Virus record (IMG/VR): IMGVR_UViG_3300020045_001408
Coordinates: 1 to 26,438 of that record
Strand: one strand, 5' to 3'
From: a virus
Taxonomy: Duplodnaviria; Caudoviricetes
DNA: 26,438 nt
Both the position numbers and the translations under genes were made by a program. Positions 16,925 through 24,442 of this stretch are shown in pieces (the stretch's first letter is position 1; every line of letters begins with the position of its first letter). A model generated the notes under the pieces. It was not told the DNA's origin. It was given only the letters and a program-made list of their open reading frames with translations, and searched no databases.

Positions 16925-17818
16925 ATGATGAATCGAGAGCAAATGCTGCAATGGCTAGTTAAAAACGTAACCGCATGGGATTTTGAAGAGTTCAAGGCAA
17001 GTATTCCAAAGGGGTGGGTTAACCCAAAAGGATGGGATATAAAGTACGAGGCAAGCATTGGCTTTGTTTTTGTGTCTGAAAAAGAAATTGTGATATCAGA
17101 AAAAGACTGGCTAGCCGCCAAACAACCCTCCCCACTCACTCGCGATCAAGCGCTGGCGTGGTTGGTGGAGAATGTTAAGGTGTGGCCGTGCGGCATTGAC
17201 GCGGCTGGTGCAGCAACCAATACGTGCCCAGAGTGGATCTGGATAAAAACTCCGGGGAATTGGGTTTTTAGCTCAGGGAATGGCGATTACATTGACAATC
17301 ATGACTTGGAAGAATGGCAAGCCGCCCAGCCCGCACCAGCATCAAACAAGCCCAGCTGGGATGATGCGCCAGAGGATGCGAAGATTCGCGTGCAAGATCA
17401 ACGCGGATCATTCCATTTTGGAACCTACAATTCAGCCGATACAACTGAAAATGGCAAATGGTTCGGAATCGGGAAAGGGAAATGGTTTGGCACAACATGG
17501 GAAGATAGTCATAACCCAAACTGGCGCGACACACTGGAGTATCGTCCGGTAGCCGACGACTCCACACCAGTTGATATGCGTCAAGTGAATGGGATTGATG
17601 CTGGCGTTGAGCTTGATACGCATGTTCATGGCAATGTTGATCCGTCGCAAGAAGAAAAACGTGACGCCGTGCTCGCTCAGCTATCAAAGAACTTGATCCG
17701 AACTAAAGAGCTAAAGTCATCCATTGCGCTGACTGAAATCAGCCTTGACCTGATGCTGCAAGAGCAAGACAAGCTATCTCGCGATATTAGCGATATACTT
17801 CTTCACTTCGGCTATTAA
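16925..17818 (+). CDS. Multi-module hypothetical protein (two tandem repeats, a 'WDDAP' domain and a coiled-coil)
   Basis: SD GGGAG; repeats MNREQMLQWLVKNVTAW / LTRDQALAWLVENVKVW; stop overlaps the convergent stop (TTAA). Confidence 0.85.
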   Translation: MMNREQMLQWLVKNVTAWDFEEFKASIPKGWVNPKGWDIKYEASIGFVFVSEKEIVISEKDWLAAKQPSPLTRDQALAWLVENVKVWPCGIDAAGAATNTCPEWIWIKTPGNWVFSSGNGDYIDNHDLEEWQAAQPAPASNKPSWDDAPEDAKIRVQDQRGSFHFGTYNSADTTENGKWFGIGKGKWFGTTWEDSHNPNWRDTLEYRPVADDSTPVDMRQVNGIDAGVELDTHVHGNVDPSQEEKRDAVLAQLSKNLIRTKELKSSIALTEISLDLMLQEQDKLSRDISDILLHFGY

Positions 17819-18705
17819 CGCTTAACATCAGGGGCTACGCGCCCCTGTTTTTGATTCTGCTCCACCTTGGCTGCACTTACCAGCAAGCTTACGCATCGGC
17901 ACCCATAATCACTGCCTGGCTTGATCGGCTCGCTCTTATCGCTCAGTGGCAAGTTGTCCCACCTGTAAATCCCCTTGCCATACGCTGTCACTCGATTGGC
18001 AATCATCTTGTGGTTATGGCGCACTCGCTCGTCGTCACTTGATAGCCACTCGAAATATTCCCCGCCAATCGCCTTCTGCCTCTTCTCATTCAAATCGCCA
18101 TTAATCTTTGCCGTCTGATCTCTCGCAATAAACCGTGCCCGACGCTGTGTGACGCCAAACTGCTGCTGCAACTGCTTAGCAATGGCCGACGGACGCAAGC
18201 CGGCCCGCATGTTAGCCATTACCAGTGATTCCACCTGTCCCAGATACTGCGCCGGTATGGACTTGATTAGCTGGGCGTTATCGTATGCAGACGCAGCCAG
18301 GTAGTCTTTAAGCTCCGGTGATCCGCCGTAGATATCGACCCCGATACCCTGCACTTCAATGCCAAGCGAGTTTTTAAACTTCTTGTCATTCTCGCTATTG
18401 GCTGCCATGACAAACTGATTGGCGATATTCTGCGCCAGTACGCGGTATTGCTCTGAATTCCACTTTGCCAGCAGGTTGCGCAGTCCTACCGCAATCACAT
18501 CAACCCATGAGTCAGCAATATAGTCACGCTCCAGCGCCTTAATCATCGGCACCAGTGCAGCGTCTACGTCCTTGCGTATGGCCCTGACAATCCGTTGCAA
18601 CTCTGCGTTATAGCGTGTTTCTGTGGTGACAGATGGACGCACCGGACGTGGCTTACGTTTGCGTGTGGCGATCTGTTCTAGCTGGGATTCGAGTAGATTA
18701 TTCAT
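17815..18705 (-). CDS. Minor head morphogenesis protein (Mu gpF / SPP1 gp7 family)
   Basis: 'RARFIARDQTAK', 'WLSSDDERVR..H', 'PGSDYGCRC'. Confidence 0.92.
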   Translation of the reverse strand: MNNLLESQLEQIATRKRKPRPVRPSVTTETRYNAELQRIVRAIRKDVDAALVPMIKALERDYIADSWVDVIAVGLRNLLAKWNSEQYRVLAQNIANQFVMAANSENDKKFKNSLGIEVQGIGVDIYGGSPELKDYLAASAYDNAQLIKSIPAQYLGQVESLVMANMRAGLRPSAIAKQLQQQFGVTQRRARFIARDQTAKINGDLNEKRQKAIGGEYFEWLSSDDERVRHNHKMIANRVTAYGKGIYRWDNLPLSDKSEPIKPGSDYGCRCVSLLVSAAKVEQNQKQGRVAPDVKR

Positions 18706-18711
18706 CTGATT

Positions 18712-18758
18712 ATTTTAGCACGGGGATAGTTGACGGATGCGGCAGCATGGCGTAGATT
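18712..18758. promoter_or_regulatory. Divergent promoter module copy 3
   Basis: Plus TTGACG (18730-18735), 17 nt, TAGATT (18753-18758); minus extended -10 TGCTAAAAT (18712-18720). Confidence 0.75.
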
Positions 18759-18789
18759 GGGGGAATAGATAAACCAAAGGAAAGGACGA

Positions 18790-18969
18790 ATGACCACAAC
18801 CACGCAGCCAACCGATACCGAGATGTTGGATTGGATGATTCAAACAAGCGCCAGTGTTTTTGAATACGGCAGCAAATGGCTTGTATTTGTTGATGAAGAT
18901 ACAAGCGGAGAGCGTTACGACTGTCCACGCGCCGCAATCGCCGCTGAAATGACAAAGGAAGCAAAATGA
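18790..18969 (+). CDS. Hypothetical protein (59 aa)
   Basis: Manual: MTTTTQPTDTEMLDWMIQ...YDCPRAAIAAEMTKEAK; SD AAGGA; 'D.E.LDW...R.AI.A.M' is a common small phage protein pattern. Confidence 0.8.
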   Translation: MTTTTQPTDTEMLDWMIQTSASVFEYGSKWLVFVDEDTSGERYDCPRAAIAAEMTKEAK

Positions 18970-19127
18970 ACACGTACGCGCAGTGCAATGCATGTAAACA
19001 CCAATGGGTTCTCGTAGGAAGTTACTTCAGCCTAAACGCATGCCCTAATTGCAAAAAAGATGCCGGGTTTAGCCTTGAGGTAGGAAGCAAACCAAGCTGG
19101 TTTGTCGATAAAAAGGAAGCGAAATGA
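18966..19127 (+). CDS. Zinc-ribbon microprotein (53 aa)
   Basis: MNTYAQCNACKHQW...NACPNCKK...; two CxxC pairs; ATGA overlaps and an SD. Confidence 0.75.
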   Translation: MNTYAQCNACKHQWVLVGSYFSLNACPNCKKDAGFSLEVGSKPSWFVDKKEAK

Positions 19128-19381
19128 AACCACTAATGCACTTGACCGATAAAATTGATTTTATTATCCATGTTGGCGATCACACGGAGCTTTCTTTTTG
19201 TACTGAAGAAACGAGCGATGGAGCTGTTATCGTTGCTTCGGCGGATATATCAATACGAGGAAAATATCACCAATTAGGGACTACTGAAGTTGGAAGGGGA
19301 ATATGCGTTCAGTCTGCGTTTGATGAATTATTCAAAGCCGTGGTTAAATTTACGGAGCAAGTTGAAAATGATGAAATTTGA
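19124..19381 (+). CDS. Hypothetical protein (85 aa)
   Basis: SD AAGGA; ATGA overlap. Confidence 0.75.
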   Translation: MKPLMHLTDKIDFIIHVGDHTELSFCTEETSDGAVIVASADISIRGKYHQLGTTEVGRGICVQSAFDELFKAVVKFTEQVENDEI

Positions 19382-19757
19382 TCATTCCTGGCTGATTGCT
19401 GAGTGGGAGCGGATGGGGCGGCCAGATGTTCAGCGCTATTCATCCACACGCGAAGGATGGGAGCTGGATGAAGATCCAAAATTCATAGTTTATTTCCAAT
19501 ACCGCATCAAATCCAAGCCGTGGATTAATTGGGATCATGTGAGTGATGATGTGGTGGCAATTGCTAGGGATAAAAATGGCAATTCATACACATACACCCA
19601 TACTCCGCGCATATCGCCAAGCCTTGGTAATGCTGTTTGGTTTATTGGCGGCTCAGCTTCAACATGCAGTACAGAACCATTCGCATCATTCACCCCCGGC
19701 ACCTGCGCATGGCAAGACTCGCTGGTGATGCGGCCTTCACATAAAGGGTCCAAATGA
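19368..19757 (+). CDS. Two-module hypothetical protein
   Basis: SD GGAG before ATG 19368; N-module shared with 25461..26024, C-module resembles part of 16925..17818. Confidence 0.8.
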   Translation: MMKFDHSWLIAEWERMGRPDVQRYSSTREGWELDEDPKFIVYFQYRIKSKPWINWDHVSDDVVAIARDKNGNSYTYTHTPRISPSLGNAVWFIGGSASTCSTEPFASFTPGTCAWQDSLVMRPSHKGSK

Positions 19758-19963
19758 AAAAATACCATTATTACTCGTTTAGCTTTTCTTACTTTGACAA
19801 TTTAGGGTACGCAACTGCATGGGTGGCATGTAGTACAAAAGGAAGAAACGTAACAATATCAGACATAAAAAAAGCCAAGGAGGCGGGAGGAATTCAAGCT
19901 GATGCCGTGCCTATTGCATTCTCATATATGGGATATATGACGAAAGAAGAAGCAATGTCATAA
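19754..19963 (+). CDS. Hypothetical protein (69 aa)
   Basis: ATGA overlap; 'KYHYYSFSF...FSYMGYMTKEE'; followed by a terminator. Confidence 0.8.
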   Translation: MKKYHYYSFSFSYFDNLGYATAWVACSTKGRNVTISDIKKAKEAGGIQADAVPIAFSYMGYMTKEEAMS

Positions 19964-19964
19964 C

Positions 19965-19995
19965 AAAAAAGCCCCAAGTCATCGGGGCTTTTCTT
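19965..19995. terminator. Bidirectional intrinsic terminator
   Basis: AAAAAAGCCCC-N8-GGGGCTTTTCTT. Confidence 0.75.
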
Positions 19996-19997
19996 AT

Positions 19998-21401
19998 TTA
20001 CACGCCACCAGTCATAGCCGGATCTTCTTCCCTCTTCTCTCCCGGCAATGGATCGCCAAACCCTTCACCAGGCATACCAAGCCCAGCCTTTTCATTCTCT
20101 TCCATCTCTTCAATGTCACCATCTTCATACTGGTATTCATCGCCGGCCTGCAAGCGTCTAGCCACTTGCGACGGACGAATAGCGCCCATATTCAGAAGCA
20201 CTTCGTCCTTACTTGCTCGCAACGCTTGGGCCTGTGCCGCCTCCAAATCATTCATCTGCTTCAGGGGTGACCAAATGTATTGGTAATCGGCAGGCATATG
20301 CCCAAGCGCAGAACGCACCAGCACCTGGTCCAACATCTTCATCCCGGGATCGAGCTGGTGGCACTGCTTCGACCGGATGCTGTCATAGTAGTTGTTCTGA
20401 TCGCCATCGCCCGTGGCATTCATGCCCTTGGCGCTGGTGCCGAATAATCGCGTAACCGGGATATCTGCCGCACCACTAATCCACGTCATGAAAGTGTCAA
20501 GAATGGGAGCGACACCAGATAGATTGAGCGTCTTACGATCGTACGTTTCATCACCATCAAGCAGGGCCAATTGCACGACGCTTTTCATCTTACTGAACGT
20601 GGCATACCGATCAATGATTGCGCCATCCTGATCGCTTGCCAATTCATCTGCAAGGCCCTCACGTGTAATCACATCCACGTTAGCCTCTTGCATCAGCTCT
20701 GCAATTCCGTCCTTTGATGCCACCATGTCGCCGATGTCATCAAGACACTTTCGCAGCTCAGAGTCCCCCCATCCCTGCGTGATTGCCATTTGCCGACGTG
20801 GTAAACGTGCGCCATTGAATCGAGCGAAGTGTGACCAGTGGATCTTCTGATTGCCGCCGCGAATGTTGTAAAACTCAGGCTTCAGGTAGTTGTCTGCAAT
20901 GACATCCCAAGTATTGATCGTCATTGCCGCCATGTCCCAGCGATCGAACACGATCAGTCGCTTAAGATCACCCCTCTTGATGCGTGACAGCACCAACGGC
21001 TTATCGAGTGGCTGACCGGTTAGCATGAGAACGCCAGCGCCACCATACAGCCTAGCCCACGCAATAGCCTCTTGGATAGCCACAGCCACACTTAGGCGGT
21101 CTTCTTCCTTTAGTAGCGCCTCAGCATCCTTGCACTTAAACTCGCGCCACTCACGGGTCATGTCCTCTGCCGGGATCTCGACAATCTGCCGGGCCAGCCA
21201 GTTTGACATGTAACACGCATCCAGCTCTGCGAAACTATTCAGAATCGGGAATTGCCACTGGTTTCCCATGCGCTTGGATTTCTCAGTACCCAGACCGCTG
21301 GCGACGTTGATCAGGCCGTCATTAGATACACGGACGCTGTGGGTGCGTAGCTTGTTTACTTTTGCTGGTTCGCTCATTGGGGCTTTACCGTTAATTTTCA
21401 T
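19998..21401 (-). CDS. Portal protein (DUF1073 family)
   Basis: 'Y.SNWLARQIVEIPAEDMTREW', 'WARLYGGA', 'IPVTRLFG.S..GMNATG..D..NYY'; follows terL (TGATG overlap). Confidence 0.92.
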   Translation of the reverse strand: MKINGKAPMSEPAKVNKLRTHSVRVSNDGLINVASGLGTEKSKRMGNQWQFPILNSFAELDACYMSNWLARQIVEIPAEDMTREWREFKCKDAEALLKEEDRLSVAVAIQEAIAWARLYGGAGVLMLTGQPLDKPLVLSRIKRGDLKRLIVFDRWDMAAMTINTWDVIADNYLKPEFYNIRGGNQKIHWSHFARFNGARLPRRQMAITQGWGDSELRKCLDDIGDMVASKDGIAELMQEANVDVITREGLADELASDQDGAIIDRYATFSKMKSVVQLALLDGDETYDRKTLNLSGVAPILDTFMTWISGAADIPVTRLFGTSAKGMNATGDGDQNNYYDSIRSKQCHQLDPGMKMLDQVLVRSALGHMPADYQYIWSPLKQMNDLEAAQAQALRASKDEVLLNMGAIRPSQVARRLQAGDEYQYEDGDIEEMEENEKAGLGMPGEGFGDPLPGEKREEDPAMTGGV

Positions 21402-22852
21402 CAAAGTATATCAGCAACATTAGGCCGCGTATTGTGCAGCATCTGGCTGATAGCATCGCACATAGGGTCAATCTGGTCGTCGTGGGCATGCGTGTCATCG
21501 GCAGTAAACGACTCACACTCTGCAATAAACTCACTCACCCACGGCATATTGTCTGGCAAGTAAACGTATCCGGACTCAATATACCCCTGCACATCCATGA
21601 CGCGAGAAACCTTATTTGACTTTGGCCCGCGTGGGATTGCCCTGATCGGAATGCGTGGCTTTAACTTGTGCTGGATCTTCTGAATAAGTTCGGTGCCAGA
21701 TGACTTATCCTCTACGGCCATATAGCGCAACCGGCCATTTTTATCTGCTTTGTGTTTATTCCAGAAGTCAGGTATGCGCGTCTCAAGCTCATAGGCCATG
21801 AACTTATCGCGCAATATATCAACCAGGTATAGATTGCCATCCTCTCCAAGCGCCCATAGTTCAGCAACTTGGTAATCGTTGTGTTCGCCAGCCTTTTGCG
21901 CGGTATCAACAAACATGGCCTTGTACCTGATGGCCGGCAGTACTGAGTAGCGCTTGAACCACGCACCTTTGAGAATTCCGCCGCCCAACGGCGCGGGCAT
22001 CTGCTGCATCTGAGACGCAAACATATATGAGTTTTTCGAACGCATAGCATGAAGTGCAGCAAGATCATGTTTGGCTGGCCACAATGGGCGCTCAGTTACC
22101 CTTCCTTCATCCACGATGGCAGGTAGCACCAAATGGGTAAATTTGTACTCAGAATCCTTTAATAGCATGCCGCAGAAATCTAACTCATGGATGCGCTGCA
22201 TAATCACGATGCATGGCGTTTTGCGTGAGTTAAAGCGCGACTTGATCGTCTCATCCCAGCGACGGTTAACGGACTCTCGCTTAGGGTCTGAGTAGGCATC
22301 ATCCGGCTTTAACGGGTCATCAATAATGATGGCCCCGCCAAACCCATTTCCATCAGTGAAGTCATCCATCTTTCCGGCGCCGAAGCCAGTAATTGGTCCG
22401 CCCGCTGACGTAGCATAAAATACTCCGCCCTGCTCAGTTCCCCACGCCTTCTTTGAATCCTTGTTTGGTTTTATTGACAGATCGGGCCATAGCTGTTTGA
22501 ATTCAGCGGACTTAATAATTTGCTTGATAGTTTCTGAGTTATCGAGAGCCAAAATGTCGGCATACGATAAATGGATAAAGTCACACTTTGGATTCTTGAC
22601 ATAGCACCATGCCGTAAACATTTTTACAGCAATCTCTGTTTTCGAGTACCTGGGCGGCATATTGATAATTAAATATGACGTTCTGCCGTAGAAAACATCT
22701 TCTAGTGCTTCGCAGATAGTGTCGTGGTGATCCGACAGGACAAACTTAGACCCCTTCACTGACTTAAAGAAGTAGCGCACAAAGAATTTAAAATCATCCT
22801 CGCAGCGCTCACGGATGCGCTGGATAAGATGCGATCCATCAATAATCGGCAT
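21401..22852 (-). CDS. terL: Terminase large subunit
   Basis: Walker A variant 'INMPPRYSKT', Walker B 'IIIDDPLK', 'IMQRIHE.D', nuclease 'FVDTAQK' and 'HDDQID'. Confidence 0.95.
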   Translation of the reverse strand: MPIIDGSHLIQRIRERCEDDFKFFVRYFFKSVKGSKFVLSDHHDTICEALEDVFYGRTSYLIINMPPRYSKTEIAVKMFTAWCYVKNPKCDFIHLSYADILALDNSETIKQIIKSAEFKQLWPDLSIKPNKDSKKAWGTEQGGVFYATSAGGPITGFGAGKMDDFTDGNGFGGAIIIDDPLKPDDAYSDPKRESVNRRWDETIKSRFNSRKTPCIVIMQRIHELDFCGMLLKDSEYKFTHLVLPAIVDEGRVTERPLWPAKHDLAALHAMRSKNSYMFASQMQQMPAPLGGGILKGAWFKRYSVLPAIRYKAMFVDTAQKAGEHNDYQVAELWALGEDGNLYLVDILRDKFMAYELETRIPDFWNKHKADKNGRLRYMAVEDKSSGTELIQKIQHKLKPRIPIRAIPRGPKSNKVSRVMDVQGYIESGYVYLPDNMPWVSEFIAECESFTADDTHAHDDQIDPMCDAISQMLHNTRPNVADIL

Positions 22853-23468
22853 CTAAGGCCTTATCGAGCAGTCCTTTCTGGGCGTTAGTCAGCGACACCG
22901 CAATCACACCATTTACCGTTACCTCTTGAGGTTTGTTGTAACCCAGCAACTCCGACAATTGCTTCATGGCCGCAATCTGATTGTGCAGCTTGACCTTTAG
23001 CCCATCCTTGCCGGCAGTAAGCTCGCTGATTGCAATGGATGCGTCATTAGTCATATCTTCCACGTTCTTCAATGACCATGCGCCCTGAGCCACTTCCTCG
23101 CCTTCGCTATCATAAAGAATGCGGTTGGAAATATTCAGCACGTCATCCACTTTTACACGCGCCATAGTCGATAGTCGTTCGATCATCTCTTCTCTAGACA
23201 TCACTGCAGAGGCGATTCTTTCTACCGCTGGAATCTCGAAAGATTTAATAAAACTTGACACCTTCAGATTGTTCAGGATCTCATGTGCGCTTGTCATTCC
23301 TGTTTCGGGTGATTTTGCCTTGCCACCAGCAGCAACATATGACTGATAGGTATTGAGGCCTTCAAGCTTTTTTAAGGCAAACTTTTGCTGCAACTTAGTT
23401 AGTCCTTCAAACGCTTCTATCTGCTCTTTCGTCAGGACAACAGCCCGCCCTTCTGCTTTAATTTTCAC
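22839..23468 (-). CDS. terS: Terminase small subunit
   Basis: GTG start with strong SD GGAGGGG; HTH-like N-terminus, 'KVKLHNQIAAMKQLSELLG'; directly upstream of terL. Confidence 0.88.
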   Translation of the reverse strand: MKIKAEGRAVVLTKEQIEAFEGLTKLQQKFALKKLEGLNTYQSYVAAGGKAKSPETGMTSAHEILNNLKVSSFIKSFEIPAVERIASAVMSREEMIERLSTMARVKVDDVLNISNRILYDSEGEEVAQGAWSLKNVEDMTNDASIAISELTAGKDGLKVKLHNQIAAMKQLSELLGYNKPQEVTVNGVIAVSLTNAQKGLLDKALDADY

Positions 23469-23494
23469 GTTACCCCTCCTAAATTAATAACCAC

Positions 23495-23520
23495 ATTATG
23501 CCACATTGCCCGCCCCGTCA
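23495..23520 (-). promoter_or_regulatory. Candidate terS promoter with a variant of the shared motif
   Basis: Minus strand TGACGGGGCGGGCA (23520-23507) followed by extended -10 TGGCATAAT (23503-23495). Confidence 0.5.
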
Positions 23521-23559
23521 GTATTGTTTGAATTTGCATTGCCCAATCCATTGTTAAGC

Positions 23560-23588
23560 TTGACGTGTGCGGCAATATTGGCTATGCT
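23560..23588 (+). promoter_or_regulatory. sigma70-type promoter copy 4, driving the non-coding unit
   Basis: TTGACG-TGTGCGGCAATATTGGC (17 nt)-TATGCT. Confidence 0.75.
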
Positions 23589-23593
23589 GGCTT

Positions 23594-23698
23594 TGTTGGT
23601 TTTTCAAGACTGATTGGAGTATTGCGGCGATACGACCCACTAGGCCCGCTGAAATAGCACGAGAGAGTCAAAGCCGGAGATCAGTACCGGCACCAACA
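23594..23698 (+). ncRNA. tRNA-like structured RNA unit 1
   Basis: 7-bp closing stem TGTTGGT/ACCAACA, adjacent 5-bp hairpin GCCGG-AGATCAGTA-CCGGC, long central arm; begins at the predicted TSS. Confidence 0.6.
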
Positions 23699-23870
23699 CT
23701 AACATTGCATCGTCGGCGTGGATGGACACGCAACGGATGGACACTCAATTTCTGAGTCATGAGAGATCAGCAGCAGCCTCAAAACAAATGCGAGGACGAC
23801 AAGGGAACCTGTACCGTGCCGATGTACCTGCGGATAGTTGGAATCAAGCCCAGCACGATTCAATGTTAGT
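23698..23870 (+). ncRNA. tRNA-like structured RNA unit 2
   Basis: 16-bp closing stem with 1 mismatch, D-arm-like GCGTG-GATGGA-CACGC, T-arm-like GTTGG-AATCAAGC-CCAGC. Confidence 0.6.
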
Positions 23871-23977
23871 TGGTTTCATGCACGACAGCGAATTTCGGGA
23901 GGATGGATAATCCGGATAAGCTGAACTCCTTGACGCATAAGGCCATTGCGATCATCCATCAAGGCCAAAGAAACATT

Positions 23978-24006
23978 AAAGCCACCAGTTCCCGCTGGTG
24001 GCTTTT
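23978..24006. terminator. Bidirectional intrinsic terminator
   Basis: AAAGCCACCAG-TTCCCG-CTGGTGGCTTTT; closes the ncRNA unit (+) and the lysis operon (-). Confidence 0.85.
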
Positions 24007-24007
24007 C

Positions 24008-24442
24008 TTATTTCCGATTGCCAAGCAACTCCTGCGCCGCCGTCAATTGCCTTGCAACGTCATCAGCCTCTCCTGCAAGACGTGCCATCTCATCAAGAAC
24101 GTCGGCGACCTCTTCACCATAACATCGGCCGGCGGTGGTGGAAGCGCTGGGCACGCTTGCACTGGCGGTGGCACGGTGGCGCATCCGTTCAATATGAAGC
24201 TTAGCAAGCACACCATCAAGCTCTTTTTTACCATCTTGTAATCCATCCTGATAAGTTTTAGATGCGGCCACGTCGGCCTTAATGATCGTTTGCTCAGTCA
24301 CACGAGCCGCCTGTACTGCTGATGCTTGAGCTTTGACTGTTACCAGCTCTTGCTTCAATGGTGCGCGTACAGTGTGAACAAACCACGCTACGGCCACAGC
24401 AATGACGATGGCGACGGATAGCCAAATTATTGACCTAAGCAT
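24008..24442 (-). CDS. Rz: i-spanin (Rz-like)
   Basis: N-terminal TM helix then coiled-coil; follows the endolysin; SD GAGG. Confidence 0.85.
   Translation of the reverse strand: MLRSIIWLSVAIVIAVAVAWFVHTVRAPLKQELVTVKAQASAVQAARVTEQTIIKADVAASKTYQDGLQDGKKELDGVLAKLHIERMRHRATASASVPSASTTAGRCYGEEVADVLDEMARLAGEADDVARQLTAAQELLGNRK
24043..24234 (-). CDS. Rz1: o-spanin lipoprotein (Rz1-like), embedded in Rz
   Basis: Signal MVKKSLMVCLLSFI, lipobox LNGC, Pro-rich mature part, in an alternative frame inside Rz. Confidence 0.8.
   Translation of the reverse strand: MVKKSLMVCLLSFILNGCATVPPPVQACPALPPPPADVMVKRSPTFLMRWHVLQERLMTLQGN

Noticed and set aside
18710-18993. Minus-strand ORFs 18710..18988 and 18715..18993
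   Set aside because: They overlap the promoter module and the SD-led plus-strand gene 18790..18969.
19998-21401. Anti-CBASS Acb1 label sometimes attached to DUF1073 proteins
   Set aside because: Position after terL, size and motifs indicate a portal; no appended HxT/S phosphoesterase domain is evident.
23594-23870. Canonical tRNA genes
   Set aside because: No GTTCRA T-loop, no 7-nt anticodon loop on a 5-bp stem, wrong lengths; kept as tRNA-like ncRNA instead.
23873-23974. Hammerhead ribozyme suggested by GAAAC
   Set aside because: No CTGANGA core in the required position.
23567-24241. Plus-strand ORFs 23567..23755, 23722..23910, 23870..24241 and 23998..24204 as proteins
   Set aside because: No SD; the first starts inside the promoter; the last two cross the terminator and are antisense to Rz; composition is not protein-like. 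RNA structure explains the region better.
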